From: Macrostomum lignano
Lineage: Eukaryota
Assembly: GCA_002269645.1 (NCBI GenBank)
Contig: NIVC01002478.1
Location: 62,001 to 126,000 of the forward strand
Length of the DNA: 64,000 bases
Direction of reading: 5' to 3'
Shown: in pieces, positions 62,601 to 64,000 of the stretch
Position numbering within the stretch: position 1 is the first letter of the stretch
Layout: each line of letters begins with the position of its first letter
The notes under the pieces: generated by a model
The model's database searches: none
Told to the model about the DNA's origin: nothing
Seen by the model: the letters and a program-made list of their open reading frames with translations, nothing else
Made by a program: the position numbers and the translations under genes

Positions 62601-62682
62601 TGTATGAGCACACAGAATCATCGTCAAATCTGTCACTGTCTTCGAAGTCAAGATCCACATCTCTAGAATTGTTGGATGCCAT
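44553..62682 (-). CDS. ZSWIM8: ZSWIM8/EBAX-1/Dora orthologue (Cullin-RING substrate receptor, TDMD factor); exons 62682-62511, 56491-55816, 55015-54480, 53923-53534, 52509-51867, 50791-50050, 49393-49047, 48759-48293, 47643-47420, 46803-45848, 44778-44553 (~1792 aa)
   Basis: Eleven phase-consistent exons sum to 5379 nt. Hallmark motifs: FEDSDRFDDDS..NWRGW; PFELVETHHPPVPEELQLKISFYSFP..DIRLY; the SWIM finger CSCSCG..WCQHVVAV; REPEGVWNLL; DMFPGFK; HLTPPEV..AHTLNPQEI; and the C-terminal YIDYRLNHLT..KDLWNRI. Confidence 0.92.
44825..45830. repeat. 21-23-bp minisatellite GAGGGCGATTCTGAATGGGTTT (ZSWIM8 intron 10)
   Basis: ~45 units. Confidence 0.95.
46885..47325. repeat. 21-bp minisatellite TCCTTCAGGGTGACAATATGG (ZSWIM8 intron 9)
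   Basis: ~20 units. Confidence 0.93.
47709..47974 (-). mobile_element. tRNA-derived CORE-like SINE, copy 2 (ZSWIM8 intron 8)
   Basis: Colinear with 8583-8864. Confidence 0.75.
49440..49950. repeat. 44-bp pyrimidine-rich minisatellite (ZSWIM8 intron 6)
   Basis: Unit CTCCCTCCGTCCTCTCCCTTCACCCACTCTGCCCTCGCCCGTCA. Confidence 0.93.
51035..51735. repeat. 14-bp minisatellite GGGAAGATGGGGAT / GGGAAGATTGGAAT (ZSWIM8 intron 5)
   Basis: Tandem array. Confidence 0.93.
53040..53400 (+). mobile_element. 5'-truncated LINE 3' end (I/R1/Loa-like CCHC C-terminus)
   Basis: Frameshifted CPFC..HFVCHCPAFKRDRLHHL..RLIWFLRATKR followed by a UTR and a TGAGTCAA-type tail; antisense within ZSWIM8 intron 4. Confidence 0.6.
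53950..54460 (-). repeat. 28-bp minisatellite, locus B (ZSWIM8 intron 3)
   Basis: Reverse complement of the unit at 27675-28532. Confidence 0.93.
55110..55705. repeat. 24-bp minisatellite CTGGCGCCGCCTGACAGTTCTATT (ZSWIM8 intron 2)
   Basis: ~24 units. Confidence 0.95.
57428..59603 (-). mobile_element. Defective mariner element with ~350-bp inverted ends and an internal 128-bp satellite
   Basis: TA TSD with termini CAAGGGGTGTCCCAAAA / TTTTGGGACACCCCATG. Transposase remnants on the minus strand: HDNAHPH, SPDLSPADFSIFPKMKKLLRG and ARLTVCEIVDML. Confidence 0.85.
58105..59250. repeat. 128-bp tandem satellite inside the mariner remnant
   Basis: ~9 near-identical units; the ORF track repeats every 128 nt. 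Confidence 0.95.
60246..60699. mobile_element. hAT-type MITE
   Basis: TIR TAGTGTTCCG; 8-bp TSD TTATATTA/CTATATTA; subterminal GCTACGG repeats. Confidence 0.75.
60904..61510. mobile_element. Unclassified MITE with 8-bp TSD
   Basis: TIR C(C/T)ATATTGCGGA, a perfect TSD (ACCTGCGC) and internal GGCGTAC repeats. Confidence 0.7.
61554..62067. mobile_element. Related, older MITE with 8-bp TSD
   Basis: Decayed TIR (CCACACTCTAGATCATG / CATGATCCGGACTATAG); TSD ATTGCATA/ATTGCACA; GGCGTGCA repeats. Confidence 0.55.
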
Positions 62683-62999
62683 TCCAACTATAATAAAGAG
62701 TGAATTAGACTATATCGAATTCAGTCGGCAATTAAGTGGAATGTCTGAATCTGAACCTTGATATTTCCTAAATTTTGACGCGTAAATAAATTCGTATATC
62801 GGTGAACAAAGAGAATCAGATGTTTTTATTTACATTTTCAAGAACTTTGAGTATATATAAAAACTATACAAAAATTGTATTAGAGAAACTAATAATGCTT
62901 GAAACATTCTATTTATATTTATTTATTACTATTTCCTTTCTTTTTATCGCTTAAAGTGTAATCTACTTAACAGTATTTGTTTATCCATTCAAACCCACG

Positions 63000-63900
63000 A
63001 TAACTTTAATGCCAGGACCTTCTCCAATAGGCGTGACAAGTTGAGCGGTTAGGGCATTAAGCTCAATGGAGCTCAGAAGCGGCCAGGATGACAACTGATA
63101 AACCGTTCCGGCAATTCATTACCAACAACACGAATCGTCGAGACAAAATGGCGATATTATAATCGACATGTACATGCATTTGTAGGGATCGATACATTTG
63201 TAGTTGTAGTCCTTGAGTTTGGAGGTGCTAATGCATGAAGGTGCTAATGCTAGGATATATGGCATAAGCTAAAAGTGCGTACAACGTGCCAGAGCAGCTA
63301 ATTTTCGCCATCAGGGCGATGTACCACGAAAACTGCTGTGTTCAACACCGGACGGCCTATCGGACTTCTTTGAGAGATCCTCCGGGGTGCTTTAGGGAGA
63401 TATACTTGCGCCGTTCCTGTTCGTTTTGTTGCTTGACTGGGTGCTGCGGATCGCTTTTCCTACCAACGACGACGGCTTTCTGTTGCGGCGACGCATGGGT
63501 CGTCTTCAACCGGAGAGGCGGCTCAGCGTGCCAACGATCTTGTACTGCTGTCTTCAACAGTCGAGGGCGCTGAGCGATAACTGGACAAGCTAGTTGCTGT
63601 TGTGGCGAGTGTCGGCCTGGTGGTCAACACGCAGAAAACCGTCATGCTCTGCGTGCCGAATGACATATCGAGGCTGCGATTTTGTGCCGAGGCGCTGATG
63701 GACAGACGACGGAGCTTCCGCGTTGTCAGCAGTTCGTCTACCTCGGCGGTCTGGTTCCCGGCGTCCGCGAGGGCCGTCTGCAGTCCGAGGCCCTACGTGA
63801 CAGCCAGAGGACGGCGTTGTTCCAGGCGGTGGTCGAGACCGTCCAGTAATACACGCCGAGACCTGCTGGACGCTGACGGATTTGCTCGAGCAACAAGTTG
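63000..63900 (+). mobile_element. Degenerate RTE-like LINE with internal deletions
   Basis: Endonuclease start TFNART; RT motifs VPEQLIFAIRAMY, GVL*GDILAPFLFVLLLDWVLR (premature stop) and VGLVVNTQKTVML; frameshifts. Confidence 0.75.
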
Positions 63901-63927
63901 ACGCGGCACATTCATGAGACAATGGTA

Positions 63928-64000
63928 CGAGGTGTATCCCAAAAGTAAGTTTCCCTCATACATAACTCAGCACTCACGAGGCTCAGCTAAGTGCCATGTA
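63928..64000. mobile_element. Probable left end of a Tc1/mariner element running off the window
   Basis: TA followed by CGAGGTGTATCCCAAAAGTAAG, a mariner-type terminus; the partner end is not visible. Confidence 0.4.

Overview
This is eukaryotic (metazoan) genomic DNA with GC-rich, polyQ/polyA-rich exons, spliceosomal introns and a very high density of minisatellites. That style suggests a free-living flatworm such as Macrostomum; the species call is inference only. I reconstructed four genes by hand from splice sites, exon phase and recalled homology. (1) A 4-exon, ~501-aa protein with two MYND fingers and an MSS51/ZMYND15-like C-terminus (+, 6321-17915). (2) An intronless RNF168-like RING E3 ligase (+, 24686-26188). 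(3) A 6-exon synaptotagmin-12 (+, 33441-39424). (4) An 11-exon, ~1792-aa ZSWIM8/EBAX-1/Dora orthologue (-, 62682-44553). A possible orphan gene lies on the minus strand at 27500-28891. Most long ORFs in the supplied track are artefacts of about 28 tandem arrays, and most introns hold their own array. Some arrays are related across loci: one 28-bp array occurs twice, a GAGAATC-core family recurs, and an ACCGGAAGT motif also appears inside the RNF168 CDS. Mobile elements include P-like and hAT-like MITEs with TSDs, a 66-bp hAT element, a mariner derivative with long TIRs and an internal 128-bp satellite, two tRNA/CORE-like SINEs and two LINE remnants. No rRNA, intact tRNA or CRISPR array was found.
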